Assembly: GCA_944363525.1 (NCBI GenBank)
Contig: CALVUF010000003.1
Location: forward strand, 173,776-237,775
DNA length: 64,000 bases
Direction: 5' to 3'
Origin: an uncultured Bacilli bacterium
Lineage (GTDB): Bacteria > Bacillota_I > Bacilli_A > RFN20 > CAG-826
A model generated the notes under the pieces. The model made no database searches, was not told the DNA's origin, and saw only the letters and a list, made by a program, of their open reading frames with translations. The translations under genes and the position numbers were made by a program. Each line of letters starts with the position of its first letter. The first letter of the stretch is position 1. Shown piece after piece: positions 55,066 to 63,985 of this stretch.

Positions 55066-56195
55066 CCGTTTCGCCTCCGATTGGTCAAAAGGATATAGAT
55101 GAAGATCGGGGCTCCGATGATGGCGGTCAAGGCCCCAACCGGGAGATTAGTCCCGCTTAGCAAGATCCGGGATAAGAGGTCGCAGAAGAGCAAGACGATG
55201 CCTCCAACCAGGGCCGAGACGGGAATCAGATAACGATTATCCGCCCCAATAAGCCGCTTCATCACTTGGGGGATGACTAAGCCAATGAAGCCGATGATCC
55301 CGACGAACGAGACCGAGACGGCGGTGATTAGCGAAGCCAACAATAAGCCGATGAACCGGATTAACCCGACGTTGACCCCAAGGCTTTTGGCCGTTTCATC
55401 CCCTTCCTCGATGGCGTTGAGCTTGGGGGATAACAACAAGAAGACCAATAGACAGGGGAAGATGACCGCCATGAGGATATAGATTTGTTCATAGGTGGCC
55501 CTAGTCAAATCGCCAAAGGTCCAGTAGACGGCGCTGGCTAAGGCGGTGTCGGAAGCGAAATACTGGACTAAGTTGGTCAAAGCCTGGAACAGCATCCCCA
55601 GGGCGACCCCGCTTAAGGCGACGATTTCAGGGGCAAAGCCTTTGATCTTGGATAAGCCTAAAATTATTAAGATAGCCAACACCGAGAAAAGGAAGGCGAA
55701 GCCGGTTACGGCATAGGGGGAGGAGATCGATATCCCGGATGACGAGAAGGCGCCGCCGCTTAAAAAGAGGATGGCTAAGGTCGCCCCAAAGGTGGCGGAT
55801 TCGCTGACCCCCAGGGTCGAGGGAGAGGCCATCGGGTTTTTTAGGGTGCTTTGCATGACCGCCCCGGAGGCGCTTAACCCCATTCCCACGACGATGGCGG
55901 CCAATACCCTTCGACCTCTTATATTCCGGATGATGACATTGGCCTCATGGCTCCCTTGCCCAAAAATAGCGAGGAATTCATCACCCCATGAGAGGCCATG
56001 ATTATCGACTAGTAACGATAACAACGCGAAAACTAGGAGCAAAAGCAAAAGGACCCCCAGGAGGATATAGCGGTTTCGGATGAGTTTTTGCCTTCGGCTT
56101 AGCAAGGTGAGGGAAGCGTCTTTTTCCATCGGAGTTATGTTTGTTCCGCACGGGCGCGATTGCAAATGGAATAGGGCGGATATCGGGCGAATCAA
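55062..56195 (-). CDS. FecCD-family ABC permease (start uncertain: TTG at 56195 or ATG at 56129)
   Basis: About nine transmembrane helices and the FecCD signature region ...GGIVLLFCDLLSR...GALTAIIGAPIFIYIL. Confidence 0.8.
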   Translation of the reverse strand: MIRPISALFHLQSRPCGTNITPMEKDASLTLLSRRQKLIRNRYILLGVLLLLLLVFALLSLLVDNHGLSWGDEFLAIFGQGSHEANVIIRNIRGRRVLAAIVVGMGLSASGAVMQSTLKNPMASPSTLGVSESATFGATLAILFLSGGAFSSSGISISSPYAVTGFAFLFSVLAILIILGLSKIKGFAPEIVALSGVALGMLFQALTNLVQYFASDTALASAVYWTFGDLTRATYEQIYILMAVIFPCLLVFLLLSPKLNAIEEGDETAKSLGVNVGLIRFIGLLLASLITAVSVSFVGIIGFIGLVIPQVMKRLIGADNRYLIPVSALVGGIVLLFCDLLSRILLSGTNLPVGALTAIIGAPIFIYILLTNRRRNG

Positions 56196-56201
56196 TCATA
56201 A

Positions 56202-56223
56202 ATTCCCGAACTATTGTTCGGAA
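56202..56223. promoter_or_regulatory. Palindromic operator candidate tTCCCGAACtattGTTCGGaAa in the divergent TetR / ABC-importer promoter region
   Basis: Perfect 6-bp arms CCGAAC/GTTCGG (56205-56210 and 56215-56220), extendable to 8 of 9. It lies just upstream of the TGtgTATAAT -10 (56229-56234) of the TetR gene. Confidence 0.5.
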
Positions 56224-56256
56224 AGTGTATAATTAGTCCGTTTTGGGGAACTAAGG

Positions 56257-56823
56257 ATGGATACTAGACGGCAAAAGACCCGGGATAAGATCGTCTTCCA
56301 ATATAGAAGGCTGCTTATCAATGTCGGCTATGACAACATCACCGTCGACATGATTTTAAATGCCGTTCCGGTTGCCCGTTCGACCTTTTATTCCCATTTC
56401 CGTTCGATCGATGACATTGGGGTCTCTTTCTGCGACCAGATGTTCGACCATATTCTCGCGCCCAAGCACGAAAAGGAGTTCGGCCACGACTTTTCGGCTT
56501 ATGACGGCACTTTCTCACCCAACCAAGACCTGGCCCATATCTTCTATCACTTCATGGAGGCTAAGGGGTTCTTAGATCCGCTTCTGAAGTGCAAGGGGTC
56601 ATTCCCTTTCCTTCAGGCCTTAAGAAGGCGGCTCCATTCCTTCTTTATGAAGCTCGCCGGCTCCGAGGATTACCGGGTCGATAACGTCCCAACCAAGATC
56701 ACGGCCCTCATGATGAGCGAGGCCTTTATCGGCTTGCTTACCCATTGGCTTGATATGGGATGCATCTCCTCGCCGGAACACGCCGCCCATTTCTTCATCA
56801 AGACGTTCCGCCGGGTTAAGTAA
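56257..56823 (+). CDS. TetR/AcrR family transcriptional regulator
   Basis: N-terminal HTH ITVDMILNAVPVARSTFYSHF is a TetR signature. The protein is 188 aa. Confidence 0.85.
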   Translation: MDTRRQKTRDKIVFQYRRLLINVGYDNITVDMILNAVPVARSTFYSHFRSIDDIGVSFCDQMFDHILAPKHEKEFGHDFSAYDGTFSPNQDLAHIFYHFMEAKGFLDPLLKCKGSFPFLQALRRRLHSFFMKLAGSEDYRVDNVPTKITALMMSEAFIGLLTHWLDMGCISSPEHAAHFFIKTFRRVK

Positions 56824-56908
56824 GCATCGGCGGAAGTCGATAAAAACCTTAAAAAAGTTCGGCATAAAACCATAGGCAATTCTTGCTTGTAGTAGTATAG
56901 TCTTGATA

Positions 56909-58123
56909 ATGAAAAACAATCTACTCCGCTTGGTCAGGCGCAGCAAGGAAATGACCCAGGAAGAGGCCAGCAGCGCCCTCGGATTACCCTTAAGGACTTA
57001 CTCGGATTACGAGAACAAAGAGGAACGGCTTGATAGTCTCAAATACCGTTATCTGCTGTCCTCACTTTCGGAGTATTCCCCGACCGCCTTCAGCTTCGAT
57101 TACAACTTACTGCCGTATCTATTGACCTCCGGAGTCGGTTTTGTCTTTGCTTATCCCTATTTCGGCGAAACCCGGATCATCGCCGACAAAGAGGCCTTTT
57201 TGCCTGGTGGGATAAAAGTCAGCGTCCCCGCCGACCTCAGCAAGGAAGAGTTGGTCCATGCCCTTCAAAATGGGCGGATTATCTACCGGAAGGACGAAGG
57301 GCAGTCTTCCCTGGTAAGCCATCCGGCCCCGATCAATCGACTGACTTTCAATGGCTTACGGGTCTATGTCGATGACATGGCTTTGACCGGAATGGAGAAA
57401 CTGCTCGGCAAGGAAGGGAAGTATACCTACCTCGCCTATTTGCTTTCCGACCAAAACCGCTTCCTCATCTCCGTCATTTATAAAGGGAAGCAACGGCAAT
57501 TCAAAGGCTCGCTCCTCCACCTCTACGATGAACTGTTTGGCTTTATCAAGATGGTCGGTGGGAAGAACGCCGAGGCTATCATCAAGGCGATCCTCTGCTT
57601 CGACTATGAGGCGGCCGGCGAAGCCCGGGTTACCATCCTTCCTTCTTCCTTTTCCTTTGACGCCCCGGCCCGGAATCATCCCGATCCGTTGCTCGAGCTC
57701 CTCTATGAGCAGTATTTGAACGCCAATGAGGGCTCTGATAACGAAAATGATAATGAAAACGGCGGTGAAACTTCTTTATCAAAGCCTCAAAATGCAGTTG
57801 ATAATGAAAACGTTATCACTGCAGAAAAACAAGAAACCATCGAAGAAAAACGAGATAATGATAAAGTAAGAAAACCTAATGAGGAAGGTTTGAAACAAAT
57901 TTCTCACTTCGAAAAGAACCCGCTCGATGAACTTAACGGCAAGGAGAGATTGGTCCTTTCCGAGGTCAAAAAGAACACCCATATCACCCGTAACGAATTG
58001 ATTGAAATCACTTCGATAGCCCCGGCGACCTTGTCCCGGATATTTAAAACATTGAAGGACAAAGGGTTCCTCCGCCGGCAGGGATCGGACAAAACGGGTT
58101 ATTGGGAAGTAATTGAGAAATAG
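56909..58123 (+). CDS. Two-HTH regulator: N-terminal XRE-type HTH and C-terminal MarR/winged-helix-like domain, separated by a low-GC acidic linker
   Basis: N-terminus LRLVRRSKEMTQEEASSALGLPLRTYSDYEN. C-terminus ITRNELIEITSIAPATLSRIFKTLKDKGFLRR. The ORF-track start at 56903 is a TTG, so I prefer ATG 56909. Confidence 0.65.
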   Translation: MKNNLLRLVRRSKEMTQEEASSALGLPLRTYSDYENKEERLDSLKYRYLLSSLSEYSPTAFSFDYNLLPYLLTSGVGFVFAYPYFGETRIIADKEAFLPGGIKVSVPADLSKEELVHALQNGRIIYRKDEGQSSLVSHPAPINRLTFNGLRVYVDDMALTGMEKLLGKEGKYTYLAYLLSDQNRFLISVIYKGKQRQFKGSLLHLYDELFGFIKMVGGKNAEAIIKAILCFDYEAAGEARVTILPSSFSFDAPARNHPDPLLELLYEQYLNANEGSDNENDNENGGETSLSKPQNAVDNENVITAEKQETIEEKRDNDKVRKPNEEGLKQISHFEKNPLDELNGKERLVLSEVKKNTHITRNELIEITSIAPATLSRIFKTLKDKGFLRRQGSDKTGYWEVIEK

Positions 58124-58147
58124 GGCGATCTTTATCGCCTGCAATCG

Positions 58148-58181
58148 GGGTCTCCGCTTGATCGGAGGCCCTTTCCTTTTT
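58148..58181 (+). terminator. Rho-independent terminator
   Basis: gggtctccg/cggaggccc 9-bp stem with one G-U pair, a 6-nt loop, then tttcctttttg. Confidence 0.8.
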
Positions 58182-58587
58182 GCGGTCTATTCAGTCTTGC
58201 GTGGCTCGTCAATCAAAACCATTTTGACCGATGCTGCTTTCTTCATTATCAGCTGTCTTTTAAGTCTTTGAGTTAGAGGTTAAGTCGTTTTGGGGTGACG
58301 ATGGACTTTTCGTCAAAGTGAATTTTCATTGACGAAGCAAATATAGCTGGTCGCCTAAAATTTATTTTTGGTAGAGGCTATTGGTTATTTGAGGTGGTCC
58401 ACTCGAAAACCCAGTTTTTGAGTTTTCCCACCAAAATATCGACCTATCTAGAAAAGGGCTAGGAAGGCGTTTAGGGTCTCCATCGAGAATTCCTCCCTTG
58501 TTGGGCTTTGATGGCCTTAAACGGCTTCCTAGGCGTTTTTAATAGGGTGAAGAAAAGAGCCAGGCGATTGACCTGACTCAATTAGGC

Positions 58588-59466
58588 TTATTTGGTGAAC
58601 CAGTAGATGACGTTCCAATTGGCTTGGAGGAAGTCGTCGATGGTGAATTCGTTGATGGAACCCGCCGACTTCTCCAGGACCTGGCGGGGCAAATCGAGGT
58701 CGATCCCCACCAGCCCGACTTTATCATGGGTCAGCAGGTTCTTCTTTATCAACTCGACCGTGCTTTGGTACTGCTGCTCCAACAGGTTCATCTCCTCGTC
58801 GAGGTAGGCCTTGGCCCTTTCCTTTTGCTTCTCCAGCATGAAGGGAAGGTAGTCGCAATATTCCTCGTAGCTTAGTTCCGGATGGGAATCGACGAAGGTG
58901 GAACGCATCTTGGTCTCCGGGTGCTCCGGGTCATTGATTATTTCCTCGTAATAGAAACGGTGGCAACGGATATCGAAGGGGTTCTGGATTTCCGGATGCT
59001 CGGCGAAGAAGCGGTAGTAACCGGCGATCTCCGGCTGTTGCTGGTAATGCCGTCGTTGGGCCCGGGTCTTGGTTTTGAAGTCGCGTCGGATCTTATCCAG
59101 CCGGTTGGTTTCCTCGACTAGAGGGCGGGTCCGTTCGAATCGGTCCTTATCGATGGCTTGGCGATATAGTTCCTCTAAGATGGCGTAGGCGTTCTTAACG
59201 ACATTGGCCTTATAGGAGGCGTAATCGTCATATTGCTTAACGGTGATAGGAGAGGTAGGGAAGTCGCCGAAGATATAGTAGGGTTGGAGCTTTAAACACT
59301 TCGTCTTCGTCCCAAACCAGGTCCCATCGTATTCTAAGTCGATCTCTGTCCATTCGGCCGAAAGGGGCTCTTTGGCCTTGAGGATGGGGACGGCGTCGAC
59401 CGGGCTTGGGTAGACGATATAGACCCCTTTTTCGTCATGATCGCGAATGGTTTCCATCGGGGTCAA
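58588..59466 (-). CDS. Hypothetical protein (292 aa)
   Basis: Continuous ORF with no recognizable motif. Confidence 0.55.
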   Translation of the reverse strand: MTPMETIRDHDEKGVYIVYPSPVDAVPILKAKEPLSAEWTEIDLEYDGTWFGTKTKCLKLQPYYIFGDFPTSPITVKQYDDYASYKANVVKNAYAILEELYRQAIDKDRFERTRPLVEETNRLDKIRRDFKTKTRAQRRHYQQQPEIAGYYRFFAEHPEIQNPFDIRCHRFYYEEIINDPEHPETKMRSTFVDSHPELSYEEYCDYLPFMLEKQKERAKAYLDEEMNLLEQQYQSTVELIKKNLLTHDKVGLVGIDLDLPRQVLEKSAGSINEFTIDDFLQANWNVIYWFTK

Positions 59467-59604
59467 TTATAGGATGATTTGGGCGCTTTAAAAGGGAGAG
59501 GGTACCCCTTTGCCCCTTCCGCTTTTGGCGAACTGGTGGTATATTTAAGGCACCAAGGGGTCCTGATTCACTTGGGGTTCATTCGTTTTCCTTAGGAGGT
59601 GTCT

Positions 59605-60093
59605 ATGGGCGAAATCGCGGTTGGCAGCAAAGTGTTCCATCGTCGGAGCGGGCTTTGCCTCGTCCAGGAGGTCGCCCCTTTGCCCGGCGATGCCTCCGGC
59701 ACCACCTATTACGTTCTCCGCCCCCAATATGGGGATGAGAAAGGGAACATCGTCAGGGTCCCGACCGAGAACCCGATCTTCCTCCGGCCGGTCATCGATA
59801 AGGATGAGGCGACCGAATACGTCAAAGCCTGGCCGTCCTTCAAGGAAGAGCATTACATCACCGATTCCAAGAAACGGAAGCAGTCCTACGAAGAGGCTTT
59901 ATCCAAAGGCGATATCTACTTGATGGCCCCCTTAATCGTCGGGGCCTTGCAGCGGAAGAAGCGGGATGGCCATCTGAACTCGATGGATATCTCCTTCGTC
60001 TCCCGGGCTGAGCCCTTGGTCTTCGGGGAGATAAGCGAAGCCCTCGGGATCAGTTACCAGGAAGTCAGCGATCTATTGATCAAAGAGAATTAG
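59605..60093 (+). CDS. CarD/CdnL-like RNA-polymerase-binding transcription factor
   Basis: A GGAGG lies 5 nt upstream. The N-terminus MGEIAVGSKVFHRRSGLCLVQEV...YYVLRP matches the CarD_CdnL_TRCF domain pattern. The protein is 162 aa. Confidence 0.75.
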   Translation: MGEIAVGSKVFHRRSGLCLVQEVAPLPGDASGTTYYVLRPQYGDEKGNIVRVPTENPIFLRPVIDKDEATEYVKAWPSFKEEHYITDSKKRKQSYEEALSKGDIYLMAPLIVGALQRKKRDGHLNSMDISFVSRAEPLVFGEISEALGISYQEVSDLLIKEN

Positions 60094-60099
60094 GCAAAA

Positions 60100-60130
60100 G
60101 AAAACGGGACCGAGCGGTCCCGTCTTTTGT
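60100..60130. terminator. Bidirectional terminator between convergent genes
   Basis: acgggacc/ggtcccgt 8-bp stem with a gagc loop, an A-run before and a T-run after. Confidence 0.8.
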
Positions 60131-60143
60131 TGTCCTTTACTGT

Positions 60144-60608
60144 TTATTGCTTCGAGGAGGAGTAGGCTCCGTAGAAGGAGAGCAAGGCCCCGGCGAAGGA
60201 GAAGATCAACGCGCAGATGCAGCCGGTGCCGAGGGTGATGGATTCGGCCATGTCGGAGATGATCTCGGCGTTGGCGGAGGCATAGAGGGAGGGGGCTAAG
60301 CACCAGAGGACGCCTGAGCCGGCGAGCAATAAGCCGTTGAGCCCGAAGACGATGGTCCCGAGTTTGCCCGGCATGAAGGAAGCGATGAGCCCGACTAAGA
60401 TCGAAAGGCAAAGGAGGATGAAGGCGACGAGCAGCCCCGGAACTAAGGCATAGCCGGTGGTGCTGGAGCCGAACATGACCGTGAATAGCGACCCCCGGAC
60501 CGAGGGAGTATCACCAGCCCCGAAGGCGGTGGAGAAGAGGGTGAAGACGCCGATGATGCTGAGCAAGGTCACCAGCAACCCGAGGAAGAGATTGGTTTTC
60601 TTATTCAT
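60144..60608 (-). CDS. Small integral membrane protein (4 TM)
   Basis: 154 aa with four hydrophobic helices. Confidence 0.55.
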   Translation of the reverse strand: MNKKTNLFLGLLVTLLSIIGVFTLFSTAFGAGDTPSVRGSLFTVMFGSSTTGYALVPGLLVAFILLCLSILVGLIASFMPGKLGTIVFGLNGLLLAGSGVLWCLAPSLYASANAEIISDMAESITLGTGCICALIFSFAGALLSFYGAYSSSKQ

Positions 60609-60688
60609 TAATTCGTACCTACCGCGGATAAATATATACTTCGCTTCGCGAGGTTACAAACAAAACGGGCTGAAGGGCGAAAGCAGGC

Positions 60689-61411
60689 TTACCATTTGAT
60701 AAGGGAGAGGAGACTGCCTGAGTCTAAGGGATTCTTGGCCAATTCATCATTCCAGATCCTTATGACGTTATGCTTGGTGGCATATTGCAACCCCTTCATG
60801 ATCCTTGAGGCTTGATACATCGCTTTGGGATCGACTTCAGCGGGTTTGACGATCATCTCCCCTGAATAGGGGATGAGCCCGGGATTGGCTAGGTATTGTT
60901 GGTACTGTCTCGGGCATTGGGATGCCAATAGGTTCTCGATGGTGGGGTATAAAGTGAGGCTAACGGTGTTCAAGGCGTAGTAGGGGATAATCTTCCCGGA
61001 GAAGGGATCGAGGGATAGATGGTTATAGAAGTCGATGTCGATGATGGTCCCATGGATACGCCCGGATCCCCCGATGGATTTGACCTGTTCGGATAATTGG
61101 CTTAGGTATTGCTCGTATTGGGCGAGGAAAAGCTTTAGGGACCGACAATAATCGTCCATCAAGGCGTAATAGTATTCCAATGGTTTGGTATCGATTTTCT
61201 TTTTGGAGCCCCCACTTAAAAGGCAGAGGCGGTGTCTGGCGTTATAGGTGAAGAACATATAGGTTTGGTTCTTCTTGAGCATGATGATGGGCTGGCCCTT
61301 ATCCTGACAATGGATTGTCTCGCCTAAAGCCCGATAGAACTTCTTATAGGATTTGACATCGAGGGAGAAGATGCCGTCTTGATGGCGGAAATAGTCTAGC
61401 GGGCGTTTCAT
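60689..61411 (-). CDS. Hypothetical protein (240 aa)
   Basis: Continuous ORF with no motif. Confidence 0.55.
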   Translation of the reverse strand: MKRPLDYFRHQDGIFSLDVKSYKKFYRALGETIHCQDKGQPIIMLKKNQTYMFFTYNARHRLCLLSGGSKKKIDTKPLEYYYALMDDYCRSLKLFLAQYEQYLSQLSEQVKSIGGSGRIHGTIIDIDFYNHLSLDPFSGKIIPYYALNTVSLTLYPTIENLLASQCPRQYQQYLANPGLIPYSGEMIVKPAEVDPKAMYQASRIMKGLQYATKHNVIRIWNDELAKNPLDSGSLLSLIKW

Positions 61412-61689
61412 GGATTGGACTCAAGGTATTGTAAGGCAAGGGAGTGTAAATTAACTACTTTATTAGATATGGTCGATTGAATATCGGTTCCCTATCCGAA
61501 CTGCGTTAGGAGGCTGCCGATTATCTTTTACGTTCTTTTACTGGGCTAAGGGTTGCCGGCAGGGGTGAGTTGGGGTTAAGGTTTATTGACCTTAGAAGCG
61601 GTTAGGGCTCTAAAGTCAAAATGGGAAAAGGGAAGTTAGGAGCCCGTTTCCCGACATACACATTCATAGCCTATTAAGGGAGGGCAAAC

Positions 61690-63780
61690 ATGAAGAAATG
61701 TGGACGATTCGTCGCCGGCATGTTTGGGACTAGCCTTTCGCTAGCCATGCTGAGCGGCGCTTTTTTGATGGCCAACAAAGGGGCTGTCGAGGCGGAGGCG
61801 GCTGGGAGTTATAGTTGGAACTATGCTGGATCCGATCTTAAAAAGTTTGTCAAAAATCAGGCGTCTTTTACCTTGAATTTAAATGGCGTCGACTGGACCT
61901 ATACCGATGTTGGCGGTTCGGGCCTTGGCTATACTGGAACTGCCGGCAATCCTAGTGGCGTTCAACTTGGCTCATCCAGTAAAAAATTTAACGGAGCCAC
62001 TATAACTACTGATATTTCTAATTTGTCTTCTTTTGGAAACGCGGTCGAGAAGGTGTCGGTTGGGACTAGTAGCCAATCCGGCAAAGTCAATTTGACTGTT
62101 AAAGTTGGTGACGTGACGCTCATTGACAACGAAAAAACCGCTTCTGGCCAAAATTCTGCTGTCATCGAATCTACTGTGTTAGAGGAACCGGCTGTTGGGG
62201 ATATATCTATTATTTTAGAAAATAACGGCGCAAATTATGCGATGTTATCTAGCATCTCCATAGACATGGTCGATTATACCCCGGTTACTTATGACACTCT
62301 TGAGATTTCCGGTACTCCTTCCAAGACCTCATATTTTGTTGGTGATGATTTCTCGACCGAAGGCCTAGTCGTGACCGCCTCTAATGAGGCTGGTGATTCC
62401 AAAGTCGTCACCGACGACGTTGTTTGGTCCACCGATGTTGCTGAAGGTGGGTTAACCGCTGACGACACCTCAGTCAAAGTCACTGCTACTTACAACGATT
62501 TGACTGTCTCGAAAGACTTCGAGATCACCGTTGCCGAACGCCCGGTGTTCACCACGCTAGAAGCGACTGGGCTCGAAAAGACCAGCTACAAGGCCGGCGA
62601 GAAGCTTGATACCACCGGCTTAGTCGTCACCGCCAAGACCGCTGATGGATCCGATTCTTATGTCGTCCCGGTTGGCGAATACACCATCGATAAGACTGAA
62701 TTCACCATTGATGATGCAGTTACTGGAAAGGCGACTATCACCGTTTCCTATGGCGAATTGAAGGCGACCTTTGATGTTAACGTTTCGGCTATGTCGGTTG
62801 CTGAGTTCCGGGCTTTGAACAATGGCCAAAGCGGCATCTTTGTCGGCACCGTCACCGGTATGTTCAGCGCGAGCTCTAGCGGTGGCAAGAACCTTTACGT
62901 CCATGATGCCAACGGCGTTGGGCTTATGGTGTATGGCATTTACGATGACACTGATGTTTCTGGCGACATTGCAGTTGGCAAAAAGGTTCTTATTTCGGCT
63001 TCCAAAACGGTTTATAACGGTGTGACCGAAGCTGAGGATGTTGTCAAAGTTATTGTTGTCGGCGAGGGCGAAGTTACTCCGATTGAAATCAAATCGGCTG
63101 AAGACTTCACCGATGACAAAGAAGGCTCTTACGTCAAGATGACCGGCATTACTCATAAATCCGGCAGCATTGTTGATGGAAAGTACAACGCCAATGTCGT
63201 CGTTACCTTCGATGGGCAAGACTTCTATATGAGCGTTCAAAACAATCAGGGCGCCGTTGATCTTGCCGATGCTGGATTTGATGAATGGATTGAAAAGATC
63301 GAAGGACTCCCCTTTGATTACGTTGGATCCTTAGGCTGGATTGACGATTCCTATAACAAGATTGATGAACTTGGCCTGGCTCCGACTTCGATGTCCGAAT
63401 TCTCTTGCCCGGCTTACGATGAAATTCTTGATTTCATCAAAAACTATATGCATATGAATCAGTGGGTCGGCTCTGCTGCCTCTGGCGACAATGAGTGCTT
63501 GACCCTCTTCCCGGCCGCTAAAGAAGCCTTAGAGGAGCTCTCTGAAGCCCAGCAAACCTACTTCCTCAAATCCGATAATCCGGAAATCGCTGAAGCTCAG
63601 GCCCGTTACAAAGCTTGGGAAGCCGCTCAAGGCGATCAAAACGCCGCCTCGGTCATCATGAACACCGTGAACGAGAACAAGGGTACCGTCATCGCCGTCT
63701 CGGCTGTTGCCGCCCTTGGCGTCGCCGGGGCTGTCGCCTTACTCATCAGCCGCAAGAAGCGGTCCGCCAAAAACAAGTAA
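61690..63780 (+). CDS. Cell-surface protein: signal peptide, three Big (bacterial Ig-like) domains, a YhcR-type OB-fold module and a C-terminal TM anchor
   Basis: A GGAGGG ribosome-binding site precedes it. The Big-like repeats are TYDTLEISGTPSKTSYFVGDDFSTEGLVVTA and TLEATGLEKTSYKAGEKLDTTGLVVTA. The OB-fold module is GQSGIFVGTVTGMF....KNLYVHDANGVGLMVYG. The C-terminus is AVSAVAALGVAGAVALLISRKKRSAKNK. No LPxTG motif was seen. Confidence 0.8.
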   Translation: MKKCGRFVAGMFGTSLSLAMLSGAFLMANKGAVEAEAAGSYSWNYAGSDLKKFVKNQASFTLNLNGVDWTYTDVGGSGLGYTGTAGNPSGVQLGSSSKKFNGATITTDISNLSSFGNAVEKVSVGTSSQSGKVNLTVKVGDVTLIDNEKTASGQNSAVIESTVLEEPAVGDISIILENNGANYAMLSSISIDMVDYTPVTYDTLEISGTPSKTSYFVGDDFSTEGLVVTASNEAGDSKVVTDDVVWSTDVAEGGLTADDTSVKVTATYNDLTVSKDFEITVAERPVFTTLEATGLEKTSYKAGEKLDTTGLVVTAKTADGSDSYVVPVGEYTIDKTEFTIDDAVTGKATITVSYGELKATFDVNVSAMSVAEFRALNNGQSGIFVGTVTGMFSASSSGGKNLYVHDANGVGLMVYGIYDDTDVSGDIAVGKKVLISASKTVYNGVTEAEDVVKVIVVGEGEVTPIEIKSAEDFTDDKEGSYVKMTGITHKSGSIVDGKYNANVVVTFDGQDFYMSVQNNQGAVDLADAGFDEWIEKIEGLPFDYVGSLGWIDDSYNKIDELGLAPTSMSEFSCPAYDEILDFIKNYMHMNQWVGSAASGDNECLTLFPAAKEALEELSEAQQTYFLKSDNPEIAEAQARYKAWEAAQGDQNAASVIMNTVNENKGTVIAVSAVAALGVAGAVALLISRKKRSAKNK

Positions 63781-63803
63781 TCATCTAGATTAGTTGTTGT
63801 ATT

Positions 63804-63836
63804 TAGGCCATCTCCAACTAGGGGGTGGCCTTTTCT
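63804..63836 (+). terminator. Rho-independent terminator
   Basis: aggccatctcc/ggggtggcct stem with G-U pairs and an aacta loop, then ttttctt. Confidence 0.7.
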
Positions 63837-63985
63837 TATAGATGACCTCGCAATTGAGATTCATGTCGTTTAGTGTGAATTTCAACGAAAAATACGTGCA
63901 GTTTAGTGCAAAAAACAGTCATAAAACTACATTAAACTACATGAAGTTGTGGTATAGTAGGCATGTGAACAAAGGAGGAAGGACG

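Noticed and set aside
56883-56911. Possible leaderless promoter for the two-HTH regulator (TTGCTT…TATAGT / GATAATG).
   Set aside because: The spacing between the candidate -35 and -10 elements is inconsistent (7 or 16 nt), and the -10 would overlap the ATG. This one was left out of the leaderless list.
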